A DNA stretch of 64,000 bases from Halocafeteria seosinensis. Its lineage: Eukaryota. The notes beneath the pieces are model-generated. The model made no database searches. It worked only from the letters and a program-made list of their open reading frames with translations, and was not told where the DNA came from. Shown here piece after piece: positions 26,932 to 38,756 of this stretch. Each line of letters opens with the position of its first letter. The first letter of the stretch is position 1. The stretch is taken from contig LVLI01000101.1 of the NCBI GenBank assembly GCA_001687465.1, forward strand, positions 62,001 to 126,000, written 5' to 3'. Made by a program: the position numbers and the translations under genes.

Positions 26932-29900
26932 ATGGAGCGTATCACGTACGCACAAGCCCAGAAGACACTGTATTCGGAGGTGATCAACGAGGCTTCGCAG
27001 CAGACGGAAGATTGGCACGACTTCTCCACGACCACTGACTTTGAGGAATTCACGCAGGAATTGGAAGCCGTATTTATTACTTGGAAGAGCGCTTTACGAG
27101 AATTCTATCTAGATATTTCAGAAAAGCTTCTGGTAGAACGGAAGGAGGACTCCCATGACGAGGATGGGCGCGATATTCCGGAGCTACTGCAGACGTTCAT
27201 CTCTCGACAGGGAGATAATGGAAGCAAACACGCTTCCGGTAGCAGCGGTGACGACAATGAAGATAGCCATAAGTTGACGTATATTATTGAGCGTCCGGAG
27301 AGTGATTATAAAGTGTCCTTGTTTCTTGCGGGGTCATTGTATGACTACGTCAGATGGTGCAGTCATATGTTTCCCAATGAAGGACTAAGTGGTTTAGCAC
27401 CGAACTGCCGTGTCCACGATGCGATGTGGAATCGACAAGTTGACCAATTCCAAATCGGTGCACCAAAATTATACCAGTGGTTTGGAACACCCATGTATGT
27501 ATGTCTCAGTTTAAGTCATTCAAACAGTGACATACTGGGAACTCTGGAGTATGAGGAGGCTCAAAGTATTCTCTCTTGCGTTACTGTGGCATTGCGAGAA
27601 TCACGGCTATATAATATTCCAAGTTTTGTGCCCATATATGCACCTTCAAAGCAACTGTATATAGGCCGAATTACCGGGGAAGGCTGGAGTTCGGAATTGA
27701 GAACAGACACTGTCGCTGATCCTGCGTCGCTTCTTCGGTTGGACGCAAACGTTGGTTGGTACCTTCGAAGTCAGCTGTACGCATATATTACCCAGAAGCT
27801 GCGGCAAGTTGATGATATACCAATGGGAGATAATGTACGGTGCTTTGAAACTGTACGTCGGGCCACATGGGAGTTCACGACGGACTTCTCGCCAGCTGCT
27901 GAAGTATGTACGTCCGACGAACTAACTTCGTGGAATTCGTGGCTTCAGCACAGTCTGAATGAGTGTGTCAAATTAATGAAATTCCGTCATAGAGAAGAGA
28001 TATACGGCTTGCATGGCCTCAGTGAAGACGAGGAAGCGAGCGTGGATGAATCTCCTTTAGACGAGAAAGTTGCTGAAGAGGCGAGTTTCAAGAAACTATT
28101 GTGGGGAAGCCCATTTAGTAGTATTCAGAGTATTCAAGTACAAGAGGTAAAGACACTACCACCAGTTGATATCTCCGGCACCCACGGTTACCCTGCCATT
28201 GCTGAACTCTCATCACCGGCTCAGCAAGACGAGCACCAGTGGTATATTACAGTGTGTTGGGACCCTTGTAGGGGCACTGTTCAAGAAGAAAACGGTCTAC
28301 CACCTTCCACAAACAAGAGATGTGCATCAGGGATGGACCATTTTTACGGGAAGCGAGGAGACTCTAGTGTTCGTTGGATTAAGCCCGGTGCTCCTCCTCC
28401 TCAGTACACACAAGAGATTCTCAGGAATCGGATATTGCAGAATCTGCCTTATGCGCATGAAGCAAACGCAGAAGCCTCTAAGATGGCGTTTGCCCGGGGT
28501 ATCGACACATTACTCCTTTCTTTTGAGCAACTAAAAGGGCGGCGTTGGACTAACTTCTCAGTGGCCGAAATAGGACGTATGCTGTATGTTGAAGCCACTC
28601 GGAGGAGAAACAGGATAAAGGCAGCGAAACGGAACAATTTTGATTCTAAGGAAGCCACAAAACGATCGGCGTTGAGTGATCACGGCCGGAGGCTGTTTAG
28701 TACGTTTACTGCCACAATGGAAACCGCAGCTCATTCAGTACTTTCTTCTGCCCGTGGGGATGATGTCGTGCCGACAGAGGAAATGATGAGCAGTATGATG
28801 ACTGCCCTTTTCTCAGAACAAGCAAGTAGCGTCTATCATCCCCAAGATGCGTGTCAAAATGCTTGCTCGAGGCGTAGTTTATTAGGCACGTTTGCCATAT
28901 TGGCATCGCGCATGCAAGGAATGTGTGGAGTATGCGTATCCTGGAGTGAGTTCGTTACATATCTACGACTGTTTTGGGAGAATGGAAGGGACATTCCCGG
29001 AGTTGAGCCAGTAGAATTAGATACGATTGGACTGGGAACCTGTCTCATGGGGCAGAAACTTCATCTGCTCAAACGCTGCATCATTGCATTGCGGGAGATA
29101 CGCGCTTCCAAGTACCATGAGCACTACGGTAGCGACCCTAGTGTTCTTCGCGATGCGAAAGAGATTCAAAATCGGACCAAAAACGCCCCAAGCATTCGCT
29201 TGCAGGCTTCAGATGGTTCGATTTCCTGCTTAATACAGTCCCAACACGGTATCGAGTGGGATACGGTTCGTCATGTTGCGTGCCCATCTTTGCCCTTGCT
29301 TCAACCATTCTCCGAGGGTAATTCTGGTGAACCCATCTCGACGCTTTTCATGACGCAAGACATGTTTTTCGACGTTCAAAAGAAGCAAGCGATTCTTCAA
29401 GAAGACACCGCTTGCTATAGTGAGAAAACAGAGTCAACTATAGATCGTCATATGGCGCTCTTTCTAGCTCGAAATCCTCTCGCGTTATTTGTTGATTGGC
29501 TTCAGTGCTATCAGGTAAAAGGTAATGACCAATGTCACGATCAGGATGGCAACTGGATCGCCTCGCTGTACGAACTGTGGAAAGCGGTGAGATCCCAAAG
29601 TTCTCGTCTAGCCATGACTCCCAAAGACTTGGTGGATATTGGAGAACGAGTCCTTGATTATTTTCAAACCCTCTCGTCTCCGGAAGTATTTCTGCAGCTA
29701 TCGAGTTGCGCTGCATGTACGGGCTTAGATTTGCTGGAAACTTCGGTCCCTTCAGAACTGCTGTCCACGACAGAAAATCAGAGTGTTATCAGGTACTATC
29801 TAAATATCACCGAAGACTTCGTCAAGAAGGCTTCTGAGGCCACTCAAAGTTGGTGCATGATCCAGGCCCTTCACTTCGAGCCGGTACCCTTGTCAAAACT

Positions 29901-30585
29901 GGAGACTCAAGAAGACTATGCAGAAATGGGACGGGCTTCGAAGCGAGTGAAAAATGCTGCTTTTTATGATGCATATCGGAAGCAGATTGAATGCTGTCAT
30001 GTTATGTCAGAATTGGAGACACTGTGTTGGCGTGGTCGCGAACTAGCTCAGTACATGGAAGGGCAGTGGGCCCTTATAGACGATTTATTGCAACCACGCT
30101 GTCAATATGATGCTACTTTATCTGACCCCAGTATACATGATCGCCACACGACCACTGGAATGGCAGTCGCGTCTTGTCTCTCCAAAGGGAGTGAGGAAAG
30201 TGCCTTCATGTCGGGTCAGTCCTGCGTGACGTTGAGGATCAGTGAATCTTCGCCTTCTGAGCTGAATTCAGTGGCCGAGCTCTGCGAAAACTATACGAGC
30301 GCTCAGCGCGGTAGTGACAAGGCTACTGTGGACCGGCTTGGTGTCCCTTGGGAGGTAGAATATGTTGTCGGGGTGAATGCAAACCATTCTGCTGGATTTC
30401 CTTACTCCCGGTGCTATTTTAGCTTTCAATGCAACTCAGAAAAGGATATACATGAAACTCAAGAAGGGTCCTCTACTGCTGACTCCGAGGTAAGCACTCA
30501 GTTTGACCGCGTCGAGCAGATGGCTGTATCTGTTGGTATTTCTTCTTGTCGCCTGGCACTGTCTGCTTCAACTGCTGAGTACTGA
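26932..30585 (+). CDS. RAB3GAP1: Rab3 GTPase-activating protein catalytic subunit-like (divergent, intronless)
   Basis: DFSTTTDFEEF...W at the N-terminus, plus WSEFVTYLRLFWE, CLMGQKLHLLKRCI, MTQD, HMALFLARNP and ERVLDYF, all matching family hallmarks. Confidence 0.8.
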   Translation: MERITYAQAQKTLYSEVINEASQQTEDWHDFSTTTDFEEFTQELEAVFITWKSALREFYLDISEKLLVERKEDSHDEDGRDIPELLQTFISRQGDNGSKHASGSSGDDNEDSHKLTYIIERPESDYKVSLFLAGSLYDYVRWCSHMFPNEGLSGLAPNCRVHDAMWNRQVDQFQIGAPKLYQWFGTPMYVCLSLSHSNSDILGTLEYEEAQSILSCVTVALRESRLYNIPSFVPIYAPSKQLYIGRITGEGWSSELRTDTVADPASLLRLDANVGWYLRSQLYAYITQKLRQVDDIPMGDNVRCFETVRRATWEFTTDFSPAAEVCTSDELTSWNSWLQHSLNECVKLMKFRHREEIYGLHGLSEDEEASVDESPLDEKVAEEASFKKLLWGSPFSSIQSIQVQEVKTLPPVDISGTHGYPAIAELSSPAQQDEHQWYITVCWDPCRGTVQEENGLPPSTNKRCASGMDHFYGKRGDSSVRWIKPGAPPPQYTQEILRNRILQNLPYAHEANAEASKMAFARGIDTLLLSFEQLKGRRWTNFSVAEIGRMLYVEATRRRNRIKAAKRNNFDSKEATKRSALSDHGRRLFSTFTATMETAAHSVLSSARGDDVVPTEEMMSSMMTALFSEQASSVYHPQDACQNACSRRSLLGTFAILASRMQGMCGVCVSWSEFVTYLRLFWENGRDIPGVEPVELDTIGLGTCLMGQKLHLLKRCIIALREIRASKYHEHYGSDPSVLRDAKEIQNRTKNAPSIRLQASDGSISCLIQSQHGIEWDTVRHVACPSLPLLQPFSEGNSGEPISTLFMTQDMFFDVQKKQAILQEDTACYSEKTESTIDRHMALFLARNPLALFVDWLQCYQVKGNDQCHDQDGNWIASLYELWKAVRSQSSRLAMTPKDLVDIGERVLDYFQTLSSPEVFLQLSSCAACTGLDLLETSVPSELLSTTENQSVIRYYLNITEDFVKKASEATQSWCMIQALHFEPVPLSKLETQEDYAEMGRASKRVKNAAFYDAYRKQIECCHVMSELETLCWRGRELAQYMEGQWALIDDLLQPRCQYDATLSDPSIHDRHTTTGMAVASCLSKGSEESAFMSGQSCVTLRISESSPSELNSVAELCENYTSAQRGSDKATVDRLGVPWEVEYVVGVNANHSAGFPYSRCYFSFQCNSEKDIHETQEGSSTADSEVSTQFDRVEQMAVSVGISSCRLALSASTAEY

Positions 30586-31648
30586 GTAACCAGTTTCTCC
30601 GAATGCCTTTAGTAATGTATTAGAAAGAAATTCTGTAGCTCCGCGTTAAATGCACAACAGCTCGAATGTGCAGTATATGGGCCAAACACGTTGAATGTTT
30701 TGCATTGCTGCAAGTTAAGAATTATATCGAAGCAGAAGTCTTTCCCTTGTTTTCCAACAAGTTGCACCCTCTACCGCAAGCGTATACCTTGCCTAGTATC
30801 TGCTTCGATCACTATCACTGACTGATTTCCCCAATCGCTGCCTGGACTTCTGCAAGAAAACTTCCAAATTGGAATGCATACCCATCGCATGTGTTGATAC
30901 CCTGCTGAAGAAGTATCTAAGAATTCTCATGAAAGCACCTGAATCTAATAGTGATGCAGCACGCTTTTTTCATTTATTCTTAGTTACCGGAAATGTACCC
31001 ATATCGAAACTTTTGAAATCGAATCAAGCGCGATCAAACTATACTATCAAGTGGCCATTTCAGTCGTGTTGCCGCAGGAACTACATAAGACAAGCTAAGT
31101 TAAGAACGTGGTACAGAAGGCAAAGTCCATTAGCTTTAAGCACCACAGAGAGTGACAAAAACCGTCTAACGTGTATTCATTGAGCTACAGCTGCTACACT
31201 TGAAACCCTTTCAACGTGAACGTTGTGCCCCTCGAAGCCGTCGTTGCCTGGAAGTTCCGGTAGCACCGCGGTAAGGATCCAGCGCGAAAAGACAGCACAC
31301 CTTCCTGGAGTTCTCGAGACAAAAAAAAACGTCTATAGTGTTTGTTACACGCCGATGGATATCCTGAGCACTGATCGAATATTGGCAGGGGTCGGCGATT
31401 TGAACAGCGGGTACCCATAATAAGTCACGCGCCCCCGTAGCGACCAATTGTTGCGACGTATTTCTTTCTCGGTTCCTCTTTGTTTGTTCCAAGGACCACT
31501 CGTTGCCTCTATTGCCGCAGAGTAGGCAGTTCGTTCATAAGGTGAGTGGGAAGCGTGTAGTTGTTTGGGCATCGAACATGACGGCGGGAGAATGAGATAT
31601 CGGCGTAATTGTGGTTTTCTGCAGCACCAGGAAGTGTGAACCGCGACC

Positions 31649-32514
31649 ATGGCGGCAGATACGTTGAAATGTGTTGTTGTAGGAGACGGTATGTCATTGA
31701 TTCCTACTCTATGGAAGTTCAATTGATGCTGTGAATAGTTATATGGGTGTTTTGCAGGTGGTGTAGGAAAAACCTGCTTACTCCACAGTTATACTTCCAA
31801 TACCTTCATTGGGGAATACCAAGCAACAGGTAAGTAAAACTTGATTACTGGCTACGGGGAAACGAATTACGTTATTACTTGCGCATTTGATTGTTGGCTA
31901 TGGATTTGCCGCAGTGTTTGATAATTTCAGCGCAAATGTTACGGTAGATGGCGAGCCGATTATCCTGAACCTGTGGGATACGGCAGGACAAGAAGACTAC
32001 GATAGATTGAGAAGTCTGTCGTATGGCAACACAGATGTCTTCCTCCTCTGTTTCTCTATCGCCAGGTATAATTTGATCAAGATGATTTGGAATTTTTCGT
32101 TTGATATCAACGTGCGTGCTTCTGTGTGCAGCAAAGACTCCCTTTCCAATGCTGAACACAAATGGTATCCTGAAATCCGTCGGCATGAACCGAACGCTCC
32201 CATTGTACTGGTTGGTCTTAAGAATGATCTCCGAAACGATACTAGTGGTAAATTTGAATGTATTGACGAGTCGGAAGCTAACTCGATGGTTTCGAAACTT
32301 GGAACACAAGGGTAAGTGCGCAACGATGCAGTTCGTTCGCTCCAAGTATGTATTCTACTATGTCCTTCGCAGCTACATGGAATGTTCGGCATTAACGCAA
32401 GACGGTGTTAAAGATGCATTTGACCATGCCATCCGAACTGCACTAGAGAACAGAAAACAAGCTAAGTCGCGCGGTCGCCCGAAGAAAGCCAAGAAGGCGT
32501 GCTCTTTACTGTGA
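31649..32514 (+). CDS. Rac/Rho-family small GTPase
   Basis: [46 protein letters not shown], a polybasic tail and CAAX CSLL. Four GT-AG introns. Confidence 0.95.
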
Positions 32515-32596
32515 TACAATAAATCCACGCGTGTTATTGCCATGTAACCTAATAACAAGTATACGATTCCACCGCCACATACGGAAGTTGTTCACC

Positions 32597-33891
32597 CTAG
32601 CTCTCCTTAGTCTTCTGCTGCGCTCCAGCATCTTGGTCTTCTGCTTCTTCCTCATGGCTATCTGGATCATTACCCCGCAGAATCATTTCTTGTCTATGAT
32701 ATTCCCATTGGACTTGTGCATCATTTGTCCTTCCCTCGGCACGTTCGCTTGAAGAGGGAGCGTTGGCCATTCGGAAACGGTCAGGTGGAAGTCGTAATTC
32801 GTCAGATCCTGGAGCCAGCCCGTCCGGTATACTCGATGAAATCGGCTCTTGAGATGACCGGAGAGACGATGAAGCTACGGGAATTGAGGGGGCAGAGAAG
32901 GGGTCGAAGCTTGGCCGTTCCGTCTGGCGGGAATCTCCATTTTCACCGCGTTGTCGTTTGCGGCTTGACTCAGCTTCCTCGCAGCTTCGTCTTGCGTCCA
33001 GAAAATGAGAAAACGTAGCATACCATCTCTGTTACACAGTAAGGTACACGCATAACAAACTTGGAGTATGTCAGCGTTTTCGATGTAATACTTTGGTGCC
33101 TTACCTGTGGGTTGCTACTATTCGACTTTTCGGGTTGAGCTAGACGCGAGAATCCAACTGGTGTCTGATAGTAAGTGTGCTCCAAAGGCAAAGGCGGCAT
33201 ATGAGGTGAGGCATGTTCTGCCCTCCTCGATGAAACTTCATTTCCGTATGTTGTATTCTCATATCGACCAGCAGCATCCGTGTTGCTTTGAAAGCCCCTA
33301 TCGGAGGACTCTTGTCGTGTTTCTGAAAAGTGCCATTACTTGTGCAACCATATCGTACCAGAAAAAGGGGGTGGGATCGTACCACAACGTACCTCTATCT
33401 GCCTTTAGCATTTGGATAAGTTTCTGTTGCTCCGTTGTTGACTTGTTCCATTTTGTCTTCGTATCGGTAGACTCCTGCGTGGAAAAGGTTGGCACGAGCG
33501 CATTCCACAACCCTCTCTTTCTCAATGGACTCGGGGTTTCCTTACCAGCTTCTTGGCTGCCTCCATTAAGTCAGAAGCATCTACACTAGCTGCACCTCGT
33601 CTCCATGCAATATTTCTGGCATCCTTTCCAAGGGTTTGAAAGACTGCATGCAGTCGCCATATTGTCATTCTGTAAGTCACACTTGCACCTCTTTTCGCAC
33701 TCACATTCTTCCATGACATCTCCCAGAGCTTCAGCCGCCGCTGTCTCGACATATGTTCTCCTGGGAACCGCCGCTCCTCCTCCATTAGCTCCCTGTGGAG
33801 CACTGGATGCACCTGACCCTTGAGGATCAGCATCCTCTATCATCCGGTACATCCGATGCACCAGCATCTGGTGATGATATCGCGCTTCCAT
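32597..33891 (-). CDS. TAF8: TFIID subunit 8 (histone-fold BTP + TAF8_C motif)
   Basis: Spliced product gives AAAEALGDVMEEFFQTLGKDARNIA...DL (BTP histone fold) and HASPHMPPLPLEHTYYQTP (TAF8 proline-rich motif). Four introns. Confidence 0.8.
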
Positions 33892-35273
33892 GTCCTTGTT
33901 CGGCTACTGTACTAACGGTCACGTGTTACCTATTCACTCTATTGTATATAGACTAGATACGGTCGAACAACCCACAACAAGTTGGCAGACTACGCAGTCG
34001 CCGGAACGATCCACAGAGAAGTAGAATGTACATAGCCTAGGGTACATTGATTGATCGACTACATTTATTGATTTATATTTCAACATGTTAGATTCGTAGG
34101 TCCCATGCTCTTGCATGGGTTGAAACGAGCTGCGCTATGGAATTGCCATGCAAACAAGGGTTTCGGCGACGCACGATTGGAAATTGCTGCTTGCCTGAAT
34201 GAAGTCGATGGGCTAGCAGGTTTCTGAAGCTCTACATCATGCGTTTCTACTGCCTACCTTCTCAAACTGCTTGTATAGAGTCAGACAATGCGGTCTATGT
34301 TTCAGCAATGCTGACAGTCAGTCGTGAGGACGCCTCTGGCCATTATGAATCGTATGATGAGTTGCTATAGTCCCATGCAGTAGCATGAGTTGGTCATTCA
34401 AGTTGCCCAACTGGAAGTCTCAGGCTTCTCATTCTACAGTAAAGCACTACCGTATGTTTCGCAACTAAGCGCCAGTGGCACCGCGCCACCACTCCCATAA
34501 GAATCTTTGAGTATCACTGGGTCTCGCGAAGAGTTAGCAACGTGCCTGTGCGCCACAACTTCCTATCCCTGACAACATCATGTTGCCAATCTCGGTAGCT
34601 TGCCCAGATGTGTTCAGATAGCCGGAAACGTGCCTTGTTGGCTGCAGACCACTGTCCGACAACTCGGCGACAAGGAGGCCACGCTTTTCCCGGGAATCAT
34701 CGAGTTCTCTTATGGCCCTAATGCACGGATGCCCCACCCCCAGAGAGTGCATACAGCCTAGCCAGATGAGACACATAAATGAGATGTTCAATGTTGCTTG
34801 CGTTGTTGGTTGCTGCATTGCATGGCTAAGGAATGGAGAGAAGCCTCGCTGACAGCATAAAATTTGTCAACATCTGTTTAGGGAACAGTAGGTGTACTAC
34901 AGCCTGTCTAAAGGATCGACCCGTATCGTTCGGCCGTTTGTCTTCCTCAGCCTGCACTATTACATTGTACCAAGTGGTAACTTTAGAGGATTTTGAGTGG
35001 ATTCCGCACTCATAATATGTAGGCCACTCCCCGCTTGTTAATTGTAATGTCTGCACACGCTGTTTGGTGGCTTGCCGATTGTGCCCTTGAAGCTCGAGGA
35101 CTTGACCATCCCTCCCCTAGTGAATCGATCGAAATATCCACCGGGGGTGACAAATAACTACGTACGCAAGTGTAAAGGTAATGTTACAGGCACCCGTTTC
35201 GTGTATTCTGTTCTGGTTATTTTATCTTTTTTGCGGAGAGGGAGGAGAAACTAGAAATCCTTAAGCTGGGTCT

Positions 35274-36418
35274 TTACTGCTCTTTCTTCCCCGGTGGGGC
35301 ATTCAATTGGGATTGACGTAATCCTCGAAGCAAACGATTTCCCGAGAAAGCTGTGGGAACAGCTAACACCGTCAAATACCCCAGTGTGGAAAACATGTTG
35401 ATGCCTCCAAAACCGAACCAGTAGCACAAGTACAGTAGCAAGATAGCTAGCAGGCAGGAGTGGAAGATGATCGCGGGCAAGACCGGGACTGTGCTCACGC
35501 CGATGAGACGCTGTTTTAAGAAATAGAAAAAGTAAGCCAACCAAGGTACCTGCAACAATTATATACCAGTGTATAATAACACCCATAAATTTCCATTCTA
35601 TCGGTATTCTAACGTCAATTCTTACCGTAGTTAGTAGCGCAAAAGCAACCGGAACAATCACCGGCGGCCGAGGCTCTGGTTCCTTGAAGACATGGGTGAT
35701 TTCCTTCAGTGGTTTCAAGGTAGTTTCACTCTCATGCAGCAGAGGCTTCGTGTACAATGGTCCCTCTGCCTCAGCCGGAGCCGCAGGTGGGTAGAGCGAA
35801 ATGGTCCCGATTTTCCACGAAATTTGATTCTTGATTCTCGTGTCTCCCAACAAAATTGTGGCTTCGACCTCACCTCCGTCTGCTACCTGTTTCAGGAGTC
35901 CTCTGTTGGAAACATCGACGGTAATCCTCAGCGCATCTTCGGACTTTGTTGAGGCAACAGCGGGTATATACGCGGTTGCTCCATCCTCCTTTCGAGACAG
36001 CCTTAACACTGACTGATGAGGCTCGAATGCATCACCCGTATCCTTATCTGTTACCGGGAGTAAGACATGCACGTATTCGCCCGCAGAAGCCGATATCGCT
36101 TGGCTGAGGGCTTTCGGATACGAGATCGTCTGTGCATTGGGTTTGCTGCCTCCACTGGAACCTGTTTGAGTGCGTGATGAAGAGACCATGACGGTGGCAT
36201 CTCCCAATTTGATCTCCTTCGTGGCTGCTGCCCATGTTGTCACCGCCAAACAAGCCTGCAAAATGCGAAGATCAGACACAGAGTGACCACGTGCGCTTTC
36301 ATTTCTCCCTTGTGCGTGGGTGTCGATCGTACCACAGTACTCAAACACCTCAATTAGAGGCGAATCTACGTACCAAAATGGCTCCCACGAAGAAAGAGCT
36401 CATCCTCTTCTGTATCAT
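35274..36418 (-). CDS. RPN2: Oligosaccharyltransferase subunit ribophorin II/Swp1 (short form)
   Basis: Signal peptide across intron 36373-36256, PHQSVLRL, LKEITHVFKEPEPRPP, three TM helices, GNRLLR and an ER-retrieval KKEQ* end. Confidence 0.88.
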
Positions 36419-36709
36419 TGCTGTTTCCTGTGGTTACAGCAAACCTCGTGTCTGTCTCTCTCTCTCCAGCAGGAACAAAAATCTCTATTGCACCGTGGAA
36501 AAGGAGATATACAGGCCCTCCTTTGTCCATACAACACGGTATAAAAACTATCGTCTGCTATCTTTTGCCACCACTTCGTGCAATCTTTTCGTCAGGTTGA
36601 TGGGGGCAACATCATTTCCCCTTGTTTGGTCCTTATCACTGGTCATGTCCACCGTGTTCGATAATTTCTGTCGCTTATCTATATATTGAAGGGTTCTGGG
36701 TACCCAAAC

Positions 36710-38296
36710 ATGCTTCATAAATCGGCAGCCATGGGCACAGCGCTGCGCAGCAGCAGCAGCCGGAGGGTGCTGAACCACCCCAGTGTCGTGGCTACTTCGA
36801 CTTTATCGTCGTTTACAAGTCCCCAGATGGCTGGTTCATTTCAGCAGCAGCAACAATATGTGCAGGCACGGTACATGTCCACGCGCTACTCCCATAATAA
36901 CCTGCCAATGAACTTTGTAAGTGGCGTAAACGTGCTTCGTGGCGTGACTTCAAATAGACTTCCAGCCATATTTCGATGCATTTATAGAGCTTCTTTTGAA
37001 GTTCCATTCGCATTGTTGATGCGTTGACGTGTATCGCTACTAGTGTTTGGCGTAATTTCGTGTCCGCTGGGTTGGGTTGCGTTCATGGAGGCGAACGCTT
37101 CTGACGTATAACTTGTCTGTGACCGTACATGCAGGGTGTGCGTATAGTCCCACAACAGAGTGCTTGGGTTATTGAACGATTCGGAAAGTTTCATAAGATT
37201 CTTGAACCAGGTCTGCATTTCCTAATTCCTCTAGTAGACCGGATTGCGTACGTTCATAGTTTGAAGGAAGAAGCAATCGCAATTCCCAATCAGACGGCTA
37301 TCACAAAGGATAACGTGACCATCCAAATAGACGGAGTACTTTATGCTAGGATAAATGATCCGAAAGAAGCATCATATGGGGTGAGTCGCAGATTTCAAGT
37401 GGTTTTCTCATTGAAATGGAATGGAGCTAAGCTCTTTTTTTCCGTGGCTTATGCAGGTTGAGGATCCGTATTTTGCGCTTATCCAGCTTGCACAAACGAC
37501 AATGAGAAGCGAACTGGGGAAGATAACTCTTGATAAAACGTTTGAAGAACGTGAAAGCCTGAATGAAGCTATTGTTCAATCGATCAGTCACGCGGCGAAA
37601 GCTTGGGGGATCCAATGTCTCCGCTACGAAATCCGTAAGTGACGTGAATGGTGAGATGATGTCGTCGCGTCATTCCACTGTGGCTTTGCAGGAGATATTA
37701 CCCCTCCCGTTTCCGTTAAGGCTGCTATGGACATGCAAGCTGAAGCTGAGAGACGTAAACGGGCTGAAATTTTGCAGTCTGAGGGTGAAAGAGAAGCTGC
37801 CATTAACTCAGCCCAAGGATCGCGTCAAGGCATTGTCCTTAGGGCTCAAGGAGATGCTGAAGCCATTATTGCTAAAGCAAAGGCTACTGGCTTAGGTGTC
37901 CAATATCTTGCCCGGTCTATTAGGAAAAATGGAGGAAGCAAAGCAGTTAATTTGCGCATCGCGGAACAATATGTGCAAGCGTTTTCCAAAATTGCCAAAA
38001 AGGGCAATACCATACTGCTACCGTCGAACGCCTCGGACGCTGGTTCAATGGTTGCACAAGCTCTGTCAATATTTGACAATATGCAGACAAGCAAGCAGAA
38101 GAGTGAAAATGAGGAAGAAGCCGAAGAGGAGGAAGATGAAGGCGATGAGATCGACGAGAGCACCATTTTTGACGAAGAAATGGGCAAAGCTATGGAACGA
38201 CTTCAGGAAGGGAAGTCGCCTCACTCTACAAAGGATGCTGAGTTTACTCCTAAGGATTTTACTGCGGAAAATAATCAGGGACAGGGGAAAAAGTGA
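36710..38296 (+). CDS. STOML2: Mitochondrial stomatin-like protein 2
   Basis: Presequence, SPFH domain ([15 protein letters not shown]...[13 protein letters not shown]) and [16 protein letters not shown]. Three introns, the first 218 nt (36917-37134). Confidence 0.95.
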
Positions 38297-38756
38297 GAAG
38301 CAGTAACATGGAAACCGTGTTTTCCAACTCAGTGAAGTGCGTGCATCCAAATAAGTGGACGCGTTGGCGCAATTTACAAACTGTATAATATCACAATTTT
38401 GTACACTATGGCACTTTCCCCCTAACGCTGTGTAGTGGCCAACAGTCGGCGTATAACCAATGACGTCCCTAGAATTTCTTTTCATCTCGTTCCATGCACC
38501 AAAGAGGTACATGGTTGTACCGTTCACGTTCTGTCAGTCAACTGGTAGACAGGCTCAATGGCAGCTGCCGTTGAATGTTTTCACTGAAACTTTTCAGCTG
38601 AATCGAGGTTCACAAACTGAATCACAATGCAATTCAAATGGCGAAGCCCTACCACTTGGCTCGCACTAGATGGATTGCCTATTTATTGTTGGTTTGGGTT
38701 ACGTGAAATCTCTCCCTTATTTGCACAAGTCTTCATACTGAAGGAGTAGACCAAAA

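Noticed and set aside
31431..31490. tRNA-like 5' end GCCCCCGTAGCG..CAATTG
   Set aside because: No T-loop GTTCRA and no complementary acceptor 3' strand.
37015..37105. C/D snoRNA in the STOML2 intron (TTGATGC...CTGA)
   Set aside because: Poor C box, no terminal stem and only ~8 nt of apparent rRNA complementarity. CTGAC is better read as the branch site.
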